From Magallana gigas (taxonomy: Eukaryota): DNA of 64,000 nucleotides. Location: assembly GCF_963853765.1 (NCBI RefSeq), contig NC_088854.1, positions 32,364,001 through 32,428,000 on the forward strand, read 5' to 3'. Every line of letters starts with the position of its first letter. Position 1 is the stretch's first letter. A program made the position numbers and the translations under genes. Shown here piece after piece: positions 38,701-48,037 of this stretch. The notes under the pieces were generated by a model. That model worked only from the letters and a program-made list of their open reading frames with translations, made no database searches and was not told the DNA's origin.

Positions 38701-41700
38701 AAAGGGAAATAACTAAAAAAAAAATAAAAATTTGATTAAAATAATTAATTAAATAATCAATTTCCAAATCTTGCAATTAAATGAGTAATAAAATACTGTG
38801 GAATCATTTAATTTCGTGGGGGCCAATTTTCGTGGATTGTGGGATTTTTACGTATTCGTGGGGACGTAATTTCGTGGATACGTCGGTTTTCAGTTTCAGA
38901 AGGAAAACTTAATCTTTTATAATTAGTTTTCGTGGAGGATGTAAATTCGTGGGTGAGAGGTACCCACGAATACCACGAAAATTGAGCCACCTCGAATTCT
39001 AATGATTCCACAGTACATGTACCTATAATTGCTTTATATGTATATTTTTATATTTTACTTATAAAGCTAAATACACATGTATTAATTTTTTGGCCTCTGA
39101 AGTTTTAAAAGATTTTGGTCTGAGTAAAAGGATAGATATTTATGAAATTTTAATTGCCGGAATAATACTAACAATAATGCAACACACACATCAACTACCT
39201 ATTCAAATGCGGATGAATATATTGACGGCTATTCTAAATGTTAGGTTTGGTTTTTATTTTCAGCTGATATACCAGAACTGTGTGTTGACCTACAGTGACA
39301 TGGACTATGTAGAGGCCTGTGTGAAGAACGTCCTTAACAATCTGTATCAGGACAGTACTGGAAGCCTGGTGCTAGGGAGCGTGGCCATCCCAACACCTCC
39401 TGCTAACGTTGGTAAGGAATTTTATTATGAAGAACCAAAACACCTGCACTGCATTTTTCAACTTGCTTAATGTCAGCTTTCAAATAGATCAGAACAGACT
39501 GAAAAGAAAGAATGGAATCTATTTTTTACTGTATTTTGCTTTTTTTATTTAAGATCCTGCAGACTTTGGACAGTGGTATGAAGATAATGTGGATGATGAA
39601 TTCACACTAGGAGCCCTGCAGTTACACACCAGTGCAGAGCGAGAAACCATAGACTCTGAGTACATAATTTACTCCTTATATTGATAATTTACTCGGAATG
39701 GTTTTAGTCCCTTATGTGCAAACCTAATTCATGCATTTCTGATGTCTTATTTCAGAGCTACCGATTTTATCCGAAATCTGGACTTGATGTTTGAGACCCA
39801 GACAATGGAGGCAGGAGACATAGCTAGCGTCCAGCAGGACCGAGTGAACATCATGAGGCTGAGGTCCTCCCTGGACCTGTGCTCCGAGGAGTTACCTATC
39901 CTGTTGGAGCTGGGACAAGTTGGTGACCTGATCAAGCAGGACTATAACTTCCCCTACCATGTTCCAAGTCTGATTAGTCTGGCCACAGCCAGCAGTTCCC
40001 AAATGCCCGAAACCATCGGCTACTGCTTGCTGCAGGTGGGTCAAAATTGCTTTTTTTCTGGTGTAGCTTTGACATCAACTTTTTAGGTTCATATTCAGAG
40101 ACATTTCTGGTCACTGTAAAAGTAAACAAAGTGCACAGGACTTTCTTGTACTATGAATAATTAACATGGCCATTTATTTCACTAACAGGAGTGCCTATGG
40201 ATGAACAACTCCCTCTGTCATATGAGGCAACAGATCCACGAACTACAAGGCTGCCTTTTGGCAGGCCCAGAGGCTATTACTAAGGAACTCCTGCCCACTG
40301 CCTGCAGCCTACAGGAGGAACATGTTCCTGTGTCCTGGATCCATCCTAACTGTCAGCCTTCCACTCACTCCCTTGTTTCCTGGTTGGATGGTTGGTTTTG
40401 ATCTCATTTTAATGACAAAAGAAATCATACCATTGTTGACCTTTAGTTGTTACACAAAGTGTATTCTTACAAGAATACTGTATACAGGGTTATTTTCACC
40501 TTGTGTTATTTTCGCCCATATTCACTTGCAAACGGTCTTGTACCATCTTCAATTCGTCCAGATATAGTTGTGTATAAAGAGAGATAATCTGAGATATTGG
40601 AAATTTGCCCAATCTTAAATTCAAATTCCCTCGATACAATGAGGGCGAAAGGGTTGAAAATAAAATGGAGGCAAATAATTCCCTGTACACCCGAAAAATA
40701 TTTTGAATGTTTTCTCCAGAATATCCTGTGAAAGTTACAAGTACTTAAATACCAGTATATTTCTCTGCTTTAGATTTGAAGAAAAGACATGACCAGCTAC
40801 ATAACTGGGTCAAACACAACATGGTCCCCATTTTCAAGAATGGGACCCTGGAAAATCCAACCATTGCTGCCGGTCACCTGGGCAAGGTTTGGCTGGGAGG
40901 ACTGGTCAACCCTCAGGCCCTACTGGTGGCTATCAGACAGGAGAAGGCCATTGTTGCTCAGTGCTCCATGTCAGAGGTATAAATTATACAAAGAGATGAA
41001 CAATGTTGTAAAATGAATGCATACATATTACACTGTGAGTATTTTAACCAAAGAGGAGAGTTCTGAAAATGAAAATATCTCTGCATGTAGTAATGAGAAT
41101 ATAGGATGCTTGTGTAGTACACTCAAAGATAGTTATGAGATGGTTTAGAAGAAAAGTATGGTATTAAGGTCAGGGGTAGTAAACAATGGCATGAGTGGTA
41201 AGGACAAGGATTTATAAAAATTATGTAGATTCAAAATGATGTTAATGTTGTTTGTAGATCTCCTTTGAGTGCATCGTGATGGACAACATCAACACTGACG
41301 AGTATGATCTGGATGAGGGAGGAATGTTCATCAGCGATATTCATCTACAAGCGGCAGCCTGGGATTACGAGAACGACTGTCTGAAAGACCCTGTGTAAGA
41401 TTTTTAATTACTTTATTGAAAAGTATTTTTAATTAATTCAAACAATACATATATTTGGTTTATTCTTCTTTTCATATTACGAAAAAAATTCTCATTTGTT
41501 TGCATGAATTTTGATGTGCCATTTTATTTTTATAGGTCATCTTTGTACAACATTCCGTACATGTACATGAAGCCAGTTCTAACAGCCGAGCAGGCAGACA
41601 AAATCAACAAACAGACCATATATCCCTGTCCTATCTTCATGAATAAGGTATGCATGTTTCTTTACAGTGATGTAATCATTTTTATGTAAAGAGTATGGAT

Positions 41701-44700
41701 GTTTCTGTATGGGGTTTTTTCTGACTTAAAAATCAAGGCCATATTATGAAAGAAAATAATTGGTAAAAAGAGTTGAAAATTGTATGAGATGTGTAAGTTA
41801 TCATATTTTCTTAAATAACACATATGAAAGAAATAAGATTGGTAGAAAAGAATTAAAAAGGGTTGAAAATTATATGAGAATGAGATATCTAATTAAGATG
41901 TTTCACTGAATCAAATTTTCTAATTTGACATAGTTTAGGAATTTTGGTTTGATAGTTGGATCTTTTTTTAAAGCGCTTAGCCATAGCTCAGCGCTTTATT
42001 GTCGTTAGACTTCTACTTCCGGTGCATCAAATAACTGCCCCCTATGGACAAAAGTATCCATTATTCAAAATTGGTTAGGGAACCTGTTTCAGTGGTTTAT
42101 GCACATAACTGCACGGGCTATTGTGAATCGTACGGGCTATTGTGAATTTGATGTACGGGGCTTACAAACATCATTGCAGGGGGTGCCACGCAGTGATAAG
42201 GATATAGTGCGAATACAGAAGCTGAAATGTTATATACATATATCTGTTATATACATACAGAAGCTGGATTAGCGCTTTTCAGTACTATCAGTACTTTGAT
42301 TTTTAATTACAGAGCAGACAAGTGCAGACTACGACAGTGAACTTGAACTGTCCAGTTCCAGTGGACAAATGGAAGATGGCCAGAGTAGCCCTAATACTGG
42401 ATCCAGGTGTGTTTCTCTCACTTGTTTTGTTGTAAAAAGAGACATCTTTATCAAATTTTCATCTTTAATACCGGTAATGCGTTTCAGTACGTTGTTTCAC
42501 TGTTTTAGTATATATAAGTAAGAAAGGTGATACTCACAGTGATGACGTTTTTTTTTTAATATAAAAAGGTCTCCCTGAGGATGGTGTAAAGAAATCAAGG
42601 TCCTATTTGATGCTGATGAAGGCTCCCATGATGCCTATACAAGAAGAGGAATCCATTCGATCAGATGAGGAAGAAGAGGAACTAATTGAACTAGAACAGG
42701 GAGAAGAGATCGAGAACTCTGAGCAGTCTCAAATGTCCTACCGGCCAATGAGCCCCAAAGCCCCACCCCTGCCGCCAGGACTGGCCCTTCAGAAAGAACC
42801 GCCTATGGGTGGTGACCAAGCTTCATCATCTTCAAAGCAAGCAGGTGAAGCAAAACAGTCAAGTATCAAAGGTAGCAAGGACTCTGTATACAGCCAGGGC
42901 AAGTCAGAAGGAAAGAAAGAAAGTCGCACAGCCACACCTACAAAAGCCAGTGAAAGATCTGAACAGCAGTCACCAACGGAGGCAAAGCCTGGTTCCCGAC
43001 CCCCAACAAGGACTAGCGTGACCAGTAAGAAGTCGAAAGGAAAAGAAGAAAAGGTAGCTTCAGAGGAAGAGGTTAACGACAAGGGAAGTGTTACCAATAC
43101 CAGGCCTCGATCAGAGCATGAAGATCCAGTCACTCAGGTGGAGATTGAACACAGTGAGGATGAGGTTGGAGGGGACACTGAGAGAAAAACTCAACCGGTA
43201 AGACATCTGATTATGAGAACAAACAAACATAAAGTATTTTTTTATATGCCCTATTTGTATACTGCACTTCTGGTTTTTATTCATATATTTTTTAAAAAGT
43301 TTCTAATCATCAATAATTATTTTTAAATGGTTGGTTGATTTAATAGCTTATCTATAGAAATTAATCTTCAAGTACCGGTACTCATTATTTTTCATTCATA
43401 TACATGTGTATCATTTATTGAATAACCTCATTGTGACAATATTTTGTGGTGTTTTTAGCTCACCGAGACGAAGTCAAGGAGAGCTTATGCTATACCCTCG
43501 GCGTCGGCGGTGGCGTCGGCGTCGGCGTCGGCGTCCAGACCTGGTTAAAGTTTTTGTTGCAAGTCCTGTATCTAAGCTATTACTTGTCCTATCTTCACCA
43601 AACTTGCATGGATGATGCATCTGGACCTACTTATGGACTTGAAAGACTTGGATGCTGAATCTGGGTCCTAAATTTCAGATGCTGGAGGAGGTTAAGGTTG
43701 TTGGACCAGGTTAAAGTTTTTGTTGCAGGTGCCCTTTGATAGCAGTATCTTAGTTACTGCTGGTCTGTACTTCACCAAACTTGCATGGATGGTGTGCCTT
43801 ATGATACTGATGCACCAGACAGGCTTGAGTGCTGAATCTGAGCTATAGGTTTCGGATGCTGGAGGAGGTTAAGGTTTTTGGAGCAGGTTAAAGTTTTTGT
43901 TGCGGGTGCCCTTTGATAGCAATATCTAAGTTACTACTGGTCCTAACTTCACCAAACTTGTATGGATGATGCGTCTTATGATACTGATGCACCTGACAAG
44001 CTTGAATGCTGAATCTGAGCAATAGGTTTCGGATGCTGGAAGAGGTTAAGGTTTTTAGAGCTGGTTAAAGTTTTTGTTGCAGGTGCCCTCTGATGATTAA
44101 TCTTAGTTACTACTGGTCCTAACTTCACCAAACTTGTATGGATGGTGCGTCTTATGATACTGATGCACCTGACAAGCTTGAATGCTGAATCTGAGCAATA
44201 GGTTTCGGATGCTGGAAGAGGTTAAGGTTTTTAGAGCTGGTTAAGTTTTTGTTGCAGGTGCCCTCTGATGATTATATCTTAGTTACTACTGGTCCTAACT
44301 TCACCAAACTTGTATGGATGGTGCGTCTTATGATACTGATGCACCTGACAAGCTTGAATGCTGAATCTGAGCAATAGGTTTCGGATGCTGGAGGAGGTTA
44401 AGGTTTTAAGAGCTGGTTAGATAAAGTTTTTGAAACAGGTGCCCTCTGATGATGATATCTTAGTTAATACTTGTCCTTACTTCACCAGAATTCCATGGAT
44501 GGTGTGTCTTATGATACTGATGCACCTGACAGGCTTGAATGCATAGTCTGGTTTCGGATGCTGGATAAAGTTAAGTTTTTAGGAACAGGTCACATGTTTA
44601 ATAGATGATAGTACTATTTTAAACTTGCATAGTTGATTTAACTGTAATATGAATGAATCGCAGAGGTAGCTTCAGATGCAGAGCTTGATCTCCATTATCA

Positions 44701-47211
44701 AGGATGCTAAAAAATAAATCTTAGTTATTACTGGTCTTAACTTCGCCAAACTTGAATGGATGGTGTGTCTTATGATACAGATGCACCTGACAGGCATGGA
44801 TGCTGAATCTGAGCCATAGGTTGCGGATGCGGGAGGAAGTTAAGGTTTTAATTGCTAGTGCCCTCTGATGATGATATCTTAGTTATTACTGGTCCAAACT
44901 TCACCAAAATTGCATGGATGATGCGTCTTATGATACAAATGCACCTGATGGGCTTGAATGCTGAATCTGAGCCATAGGTTTCGGATGCTGGATGAGGTTT
45001 AGTTTTTTGGAACAGGTCACATGTTTTATAGATGATAGCTTGCATAGTTGATTTAACTTTATTATAAATTAAATGCAGAGGTTGCTTCAGAAGCAGAGCC
45101 TGATCTCCATTATCAAGGATGCTAAAGAAATCTCCTACCTCACTCAAACCAGCTCGATAGATAGATGTGTTTGTTGATAAATGATATAACATGATTCCTA
45201 TGATAAAGTATTGTATGATATGAAACAATATTGTTTGATATGATACAATATGATATCATATGTTATATTATAAAAAGTTATACGATACGATATGATATTG
45301 TATCAATTTTTTTGATATTTTATGATATGATTATGTATCATGATATTGTTATGTATAGTATTGTATATTATTATACAATATTGTATGATATTATATTGTA
45401 TTTTTAATTTATTATTTTATCACATGATACAATTACATAAGATATTGCAAAATATTATATTGTATCCTATGATACAATATTGTATATTCTATAATATTGT
45501 ATCATACAATATTGTATAATATGATATTGGTTTCAGTAATATAGAATTATATCACATGAAATTGTATTATATGATATTGTAATATTATTAATATAATATT
45601 GTATCATACGATAATGTATGATATGATATTGGTTTATATGATATATTATCATATCACATGAAATTGTATTATATGATATTGTAATATATTTTATTGTGTC
45701 ATATGATGCAATATGTATAATATAATAATGTATTTTATAATATTTTACCATATCACATAATATTGTATCATTTGATAAGATACAATGTTGGAATCAAATT
45801 ATATTGTATTATATGATATAATATCATATAATGTATGAAATATGTTTCAGTGTCATTCAATACAATATCATTCTATATTATACAATATAATATCATGTTT
45901 CAGTGTTATGATGTATTATGTAATATGATATTGTAATATGATACTATATTGTATTATATTTTAGGATATTGTATTATGTGATCAAATACAATAAGGTATA
46001 ACACAATACAATGTCATACCATATGTTACAATATCAAATCTCATTATTGTTTATTACGGTATTTTATTTATTATATGATATATATAATATTAGAAATATG
46101 ACATGATGCAATATTTAATTTTATATCATTGTATTGATTAACATATGAACATATGATTATCATAAAAAAATTTATCAGATGATATACGATATTTTGTCAA
46201 AACAGAATCCATGAATATCCAAGATCATAAAGTATGATTTTCATATAAAATGATAAAGGTGGTCTTATGAAGGTGATGTATCATAAGGGTGATGCTCCGT
46301 CTCGGTGAGCTTAGTAATCTATGATTACCTATGTTTTTAATATGAAACTGTTCAGGTTTCTAACAGTCTTTATATTAACATTCCAGGCTAGTGACAGAAG
46401 TTCAGAAGAAAATCAGAATCAAAATGCAATGAAAAAATCTGTATCAAGCTCATCTCTGAAAAAAGGAGAATCAACACAGAGTTTGAAAAAAGGAGAATCA
46501 ACACAAAGTTTAAAGAAGGGGTCATCAACACAGAGTTTGAAAAAGGGGGAATCAACACAGAGTTTGAAAAAGGGGGAATCAACACAGAGTTTAAAGAAAG
46601 GTGAATCAACACAGAGTTTAAAGAAAGGGGAATCAACACAGAGTTTAAAGAAAGGGGAATCAACACAGAGTTTAAAGAAAGGGGAATCAACTCAAAGTTT
46701 GAAGAAAGGTAGTTCAACACAGAGTCTTACAAAACAACCATCAACCCAGAACTTGAAAAAGGGAACATCTGGGGAAAGTTTATACAATGCAAAATCTAAG
46801 GAAAGTTTGAAGAAAGGTACTTCAAGCGAAAATCTCAAGACCACAAGGTCAAAAGACAGTTCTGAAGGTCAACCCTCTGAAACCTTACAGAAATCAAAAT
46901 CTAAAGAGAGTTTGAAGAAGTCATCTTCTGCAGATGAAGCCAAAGAGTCTTCAGAGCCACAGGCCACAAACAGGGAGTCGGAAAAATCAAAATCTTCCCC
47001 ACCACCCACTAACCGCAGTGTGGAGGAGAAACAGAATTCAGAATCCCAGAAAGAGGCTACAGCAACTACTGATGATGCTACCAACCAAAAACAGGAGGAG
47101 AGTGTAGCAGACGACAAGCAAGCAGAGACCAGCAAAGAGCAAGAACCAGCTAAACAGGAGGAGACAACTGGTGCCAAAGACAAGGATGAGAGTGATAAGG
47201 ATATGCTGTGA
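61..47211 (+). CDS. Axonemal-type dynein heavy chain-like protein, highly divergent, 5'-partial (gene begins upstream of the window); 68 exons
   Basis: Exons joined manually at AG/GT sites with matching phases and no internal stop: 61-270, 726-861, 1226-1369, 1707-1858, 2287-2485, 2811-3058, 3200-3308, 3538-3726, 4068-4100, 6016-6329, 6759-6902, 9112-9241, 9516-9700, 10485-10629, 10757-10861, 11021-11233, 11683-11976, 14098-14297, 14529-14686, 14818-15049, 15607-15909, 16250-16420, 16855-17001, 17237-17397, 17670-17796, 18001-18209, 18461-18563, 18804-18967, 19242-19413, 19817-20053, 20873-21115, 24033-24238, 24573-24739, 25056-25206, 25477-25738, 26059-26233, 26563-26629, 26776-27058, 27337-27462, 27563-27782, 28092-28234, 28386-28560, 28934-29143, 29488-29647, 30743-30891, 31193-31557 (GC donor), 31759-31989, 32396-32588, 33795-33854, 34456-34497, 35262-35451, 35560-35669, 35846-36082, 36232-36424, 36636-36780, 37146-37326, 37527-37772, 38024-38295, 39264-39411, 39554-39659, 39756-40035, 40189-40390, 40774-40976, 41258-41394, 41536-41647, 42313-42406, 42569-43197, 46387-47211 (TGA). 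Dynein hallmark motifs occur in the correct order: FPRFYFLS, FQWNAQLRYY, YGYEYIG..VITPLTER, FNC, WKDG, HYMFTMRDLS, LCKWV, MIDPNGEG, FRFYLST, QDLHLA, W...RVAL. The three smallest exons (4068, 33795, 34456) are frame-neutral and less certain. The orthologue cannot be named from sequence alone. Confidence 0.95.
281..539. repeat. Old intronic duplication of ~80 bp
   Basis: ttttggaaatttcaagg...acagtgata...aatttcctc at 281-360 and 456-539. Confidence 0.65.
4252..4301. repeat. (GA)n microsatellite
   Basis: Visible dinucleotide run. Confidence 0.95.
5545..5752. mobile_element. Old MITE fragment related to the 38794 element
   Basis: The right end ATATTCATGAAACCACAGTA resembles AATGATTCCACAGTA; the left end is decayed. 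Confidence 0.4.
6759..11976 (+). CDS. Dynein HC exons 11-17: AAA1 module with degenerate catalytic motifs
   Basis: FDYGYEYIGSSNREVITPLTER...GGMCVGAM|DTGKFELVHELSRSLGYPLYRFNC...GSWVCFDNYNHL...LPDYIMTQFRTVTIVQPD...GF...WSIKTLKGVVSEAG is colinear with the canonical AAA1. Confidence 0.93.
9261..9317. repeat. (GA)n microsatellite
   Basis: Visible dinucleotide run 20 nt past the donor at 9242. Confidence 0.95.
10065..10162 (-). mobile_element. tRNA-derived element (SINE head or tRNA pseudogene)
   Basis: The minus strand reads GTGTCTAGATGGCCGAGTGGTTAG...GTGAGTTCAAAGCCCCGG: A box TGGCCGAGTGG (10153-10143) and B box GTTCAAAGCC (10090-10081). The acceptor stem does not pair, so it is not a functional tRNA. 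Confidence 0.7.
14098..17001 (+). CDS. Dynein HC exons 18-23: AAA2 module
   Basis: Walker A GPAGCGKS (14541-14564), ELMGYF...EWKDGLLTSLLRK, QLDGEVD, LGNNERI, MSPAVLANVG, FAAVWAFGGTL. Confidence 0.92.
15312..15567. repeat. Intronic tandem duplication (129 + 127 bp)
   Basis: ggtcatgatt...ttctagcaga occurs twice (15312-15440, 15441-15567), differing mainly in homopolymer lengths. Confidence 0.9.
17237..20053 (+). CDS. Dynein HC exons 24-30: AAA3 module
   Basis: Walker A GENGCGKT (17294-17317), CLVDDINL, ELVREHIDDGGFY, LSQRFMRHF, HYMFTMRDLSVIF, LWQHECTWVYSHR. Confidence 0.93.
20873..25206 (+). CDS. Dynein HC exons 31-34: AAA4 module; intron 21116-24032 holds a nested antisense gene
   Basis: IEQVCRLARTI, SVLVAEGCPGRA (P-loop position), FKADL, NFRVCFIM, FQRRCREFPSF, WFPHWSKTQL. 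Confidence 0.9.
21515..21520 (-). terminator. Polyadenylation signal (AATAAA) of the nested gene
   Basis: tttatt on + at 21515-21520, about 47 nt past the TAA stop on the minus strand. Confidence 0.55.
21567..23310 (-). CDS. Nested secreted coiled-coil protein with a short-chain collagen C4-like C-terminal domain (~370 aa, 3 exons)
   Basis: Minus-strand exons 23310-22746, 22296-22225 and 22042-21567, all phase 1, GT-AG, 1113 nt ending TAA. Signal-peptide-like start (MSINMTFGNAFTLFLVIFHNVNIIWA), DKRLLLNDP, Gln-rich coiled coil, then GSTYFPIWGRKSCPAINGTELVYTG-ITAGKHYSNTGSGANTLCLPHDP...LYGAEY...DVPCAIC...MMVPAKLSCPQGWTLQYHGYL...FICVDSDPE...CGVLPCPNY...ISCAVCTL. The start could also be the ATG at 23298. 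Confidence 0.9.
22561..22737. mobile_element. MITE inside intron 1 of the nested gene
   Basis: Left TACAGTAAAACATGCTTATAGCGAA and right TTCGCTATAACTGTATTTACT form imperfect TIRs; internal cgctataag repeats. Confidence 0.6.
23337..23343 (-). promoter_or_regulatory. Possible TATA box (TATAAAA) of the nested gene
   Basis: TATAAAA on the minus strand about 30-45 nt upstream of the ATGs at 23310/23298. A competing acceptor (ttgcag|) at 23363 could instead indicate an upstream UTR exon. Confidence 0.3.
25477..27782 (+). CDS. Dynein HC exons 35-40: coiled-coil stalk and microtubule-binding domain (MTBD)
   Basis: Heptad-rich CC1, MTBD-like LSELRGMNKP...TWQKGAK...FIEELMSFD...YLKKPSFDPE...SACGALCKWVIGVVRY, CC2 starting KVKPL, then AAAFATYLGPYHHNFRR. 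Confidence 0.9.
28092..31989 (+). CDS. Dynein HC exons 41-47: acidic insert, AAA5 and buttress region
   Basis: Glu/Lys-rich insert, then RPPMMIDPNGEGSVW, LEKGIMRGKPIILTNCEE, PDFRFYLSTPLAKPRF, LINFGVS..L.EDLL, RPELYQER, FPLARRAAMLF, YQFPLHYFIELF. Confidence 0.92.
28578..28670. repeat. Short intronic duplication, 58-bp period
   Basis: tgata(a/g)gtgacagagttgtgtgcccttgttttaa at 28578 and 28636. Confidence 0.8.
29733..29781. repeat. (GA)n microsatellite
   Basis: Visible dinucleotide run. Confidence 0.95.
32396..39659 (+). CDS. Dynein HC exons 48-60: second acidic/lysine-rich insert and AAA6 region
   Basis: ALYEKDILLFA, WLPQEKWEDI, FHQLLLLRMLRQDRL, DGWVIIQDLHLAPKF, RFCVWITSEP, QWYPFNQ. Confidence 0.88.
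33119..33407. mobile_element. Non-autonomous DNA transposon with TTAA target duplication (Kolobok-like)
   Basis: TTAA|GGTTGTATGGGACACCT ... AGGTGTCACATATGACC|TTAA; 14/17 TIR match; GG...CC termini fit the Kolobok 5'-RR...YY-3' rule rather than piggyBac. Confidence 0.7.
36871..37049. mobile_element. Degenerate MITE
   Basis: ACAGTCAAACTGCGTTGTCTCGAA versus TTGAGATATCGAAGTTCAATTGCA (imperfect inverted termini); internal ttcgag/tcgagatat repeats. Confidence 0.5.
38794..39015. mobile_element. MITE with TA target duplication (Tc1/mariner-type)
   Basis: TA-CTGTGGAATCATT (38794-38808) and AATGATTCCACAG-TA (39001-39015) are perfect reverse complements; internal ttcgtgg repeats. Confidence 0.88.
39756..42406 (+). 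CDS. Dynein HC exons 61-66: C-terminal domain
   Basis: CLLQECLWMN, EEHVPVSW, VWLGGLVNPQALL, GMFISDIHLQAAAWD, YPCPIFMNK, KWKMARVALILD (the usual end of a dynein HC). Confidence 0.9.
40476..40690. mobile_element. Degenerate MITE
   Basis: GTATACAGGGTTATTTTC versus GCAAATAATTCCCTGTACAC (imperfect inverted termini). Confidence 0.55.
41970..42278. mobile_element. Possible inverted-repeat-bounded element
   Basis: AAAGCGCTTAGCC versus GGATTAGCGCTTT (11/13 inverted match); raised GC; internal 19-bp duplication (acgggctattgtgaat) at ~42113-42147. Confidence 0.35.
42569..47211 (+). CDS. Dynein HC exons 67-68 (42569-43197, 46387-47211): ~480-aa Ser/Lys/Glu-rich C-terminal extension
   Basis: The exon at 42406 ends in phase 1 with a GT donor; AG|gt at 42569 continues in frame; ccg|gtaaga at 43197; ttccag|gct at 46387 is phase 0; open to TGA at 47209-47211. 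Confidence 0.8.
43536..45127. repeat. Satellite-like tandem array, ~177-bp monomer, about 8 copies
   Basis: The anchor cttc(a/g)cca recurs at 43593, 43770, 43947, 44123, 44299, 44480, 44741 and 44899 (spacings 177, 177, 176, 176, 181, 261, 158). Confidence 0.92.
45180..46200. repeat. Degenerate AT-rich pentamer-like simple repeat (ATATG/ATATT/TATTG/TACAA)
   Basis: About 1 kb almost free of C/G runs, with recurring tattgtat, atatgata and atacaat motifs. Confidence 0.85.
46459..46728 (+). repeat. Coding 27-bp tandem repeat, 10 copies (KKG[E/S]STQSL)
   Basis: Ten consecutive in-frame units, followed by about six degenerate 9-aa units. Confidence 0.95.
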
Positions 47212-47989
47212 TCTTACATCAAAATTTGATGGATATTTTTTGTTTACATGAACTGCCATTCTTATTTTGATTTGTGAAGATCCAACTTCTCTTTGAGGAA
47301 AAATAATATTTAGAACCATGATATGTTATTGATTATTTTATCTCTTATGTTGTTGCGTCATTTTATTGAACAAAATATTTCAACAAATGACATATTAAAA
47401 AAAAATGTGCTTTGTTGTTGATAAATTTACATTTATATAAAAATAATTATTACCAAAAAATTGTTGTAGTTATGTGCCTTAAAGTTCATAGTTAATTATA
47501 CATGGTATTTATTTTAAATAAGCATACCGTCCAAAACTTGCTGAATTTTACACTATAAACAGAAGTGTTTACAAGTGTTTCCTCATTTTAATTGATGATG
47601 ATATCTAGCTACTTCCGTCCAAAGTCCAAACATTATTTTTGAAAACTGCTGATCTAAGCAAAATAACCTCTACATTTATTATTTTCTCATACTTGTCAAA
47701 AGTATATTTTTTTTAAATTTATTTATGTGTTGTTATGTCTTCTTTTTTGTTGTTTATTTACATTATATTTTTTTTTCTATTGATGTTACTTGAATTTTTG
47801 TGATAATAGTATACTTTATGCATCACTGTCAGAAAACTAGAAATTATTTATTTTGTATTTTAAAAAAGACATTTAGTGTTAATGTGTGTATGAATAGTTC
47901 TGTATTTATGTGCACACTATGTTGTGGTTTATTTTGGAACTACCTGTTGACCAATTGTATTGTATTTTATTTTATTTTTTGCGTGTGAT

Positions 47990-48037
47990 AATAAATTAAA
48001 GTTATTGTGAGTATTTGAATAAGCGATGATGAATAAA
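47990..48037 (+). terminator. Candidate polyadenylation signals of the dynein-like gene
   Basis: AATAAA at 47990-47995 and 48032-48037, after a ~780-nt T-rich 3'UTR-like stretch. Confidence 0.5.

Larger units (their letters stand above)
43457..46311. mobile_element. Non-autonomous element (Helentron/HINE-like) bounded by 14-bp inverted repeats and carrying a satellite array
   Basis: AGCTCACCGAGACG (43457-43470) and its exact reverse complement (46298-46311); T-run at the left flank; (GGCGTC)n microsatellite at ~43499-43535; internal ~177-bp tandem array; 7-bp stem cttatga/tcataag at 46264-46287. Confidence 0.75.

Noticed and set aside
43406-43658. ORFs with poly-Arg (RRRRWRRRRRRR) or GVGVGV, resembling a protamine or extra exon
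   Set aside because: They are translations of the (GGCGTC)n microsatellite at the left end of the inserted element.
43536-45127. CRISPR-like array
   Set aside because: Eukaryotic context; the units are ~177-bp near-identical monomers without unique spacers.
61-47211. Calling the dynein-like gene a pseudogene
   Set aside because: All 68 exons join in frame with consensus splice sites and no premature stop over ~4,400 codons.
61-47211. Assigning a symbol such as DNHD1 or a specific DNAH
   Set aside because: The divergence is compatible with DNHD1-like status, but orthology needs a phylogeny I cannot run.
46388-47319. Minus-strand ORFs with repeats (SLNSVLIP...)
   Set aside because: Antisense shadows of the coding 27-bp repeat and last exon.
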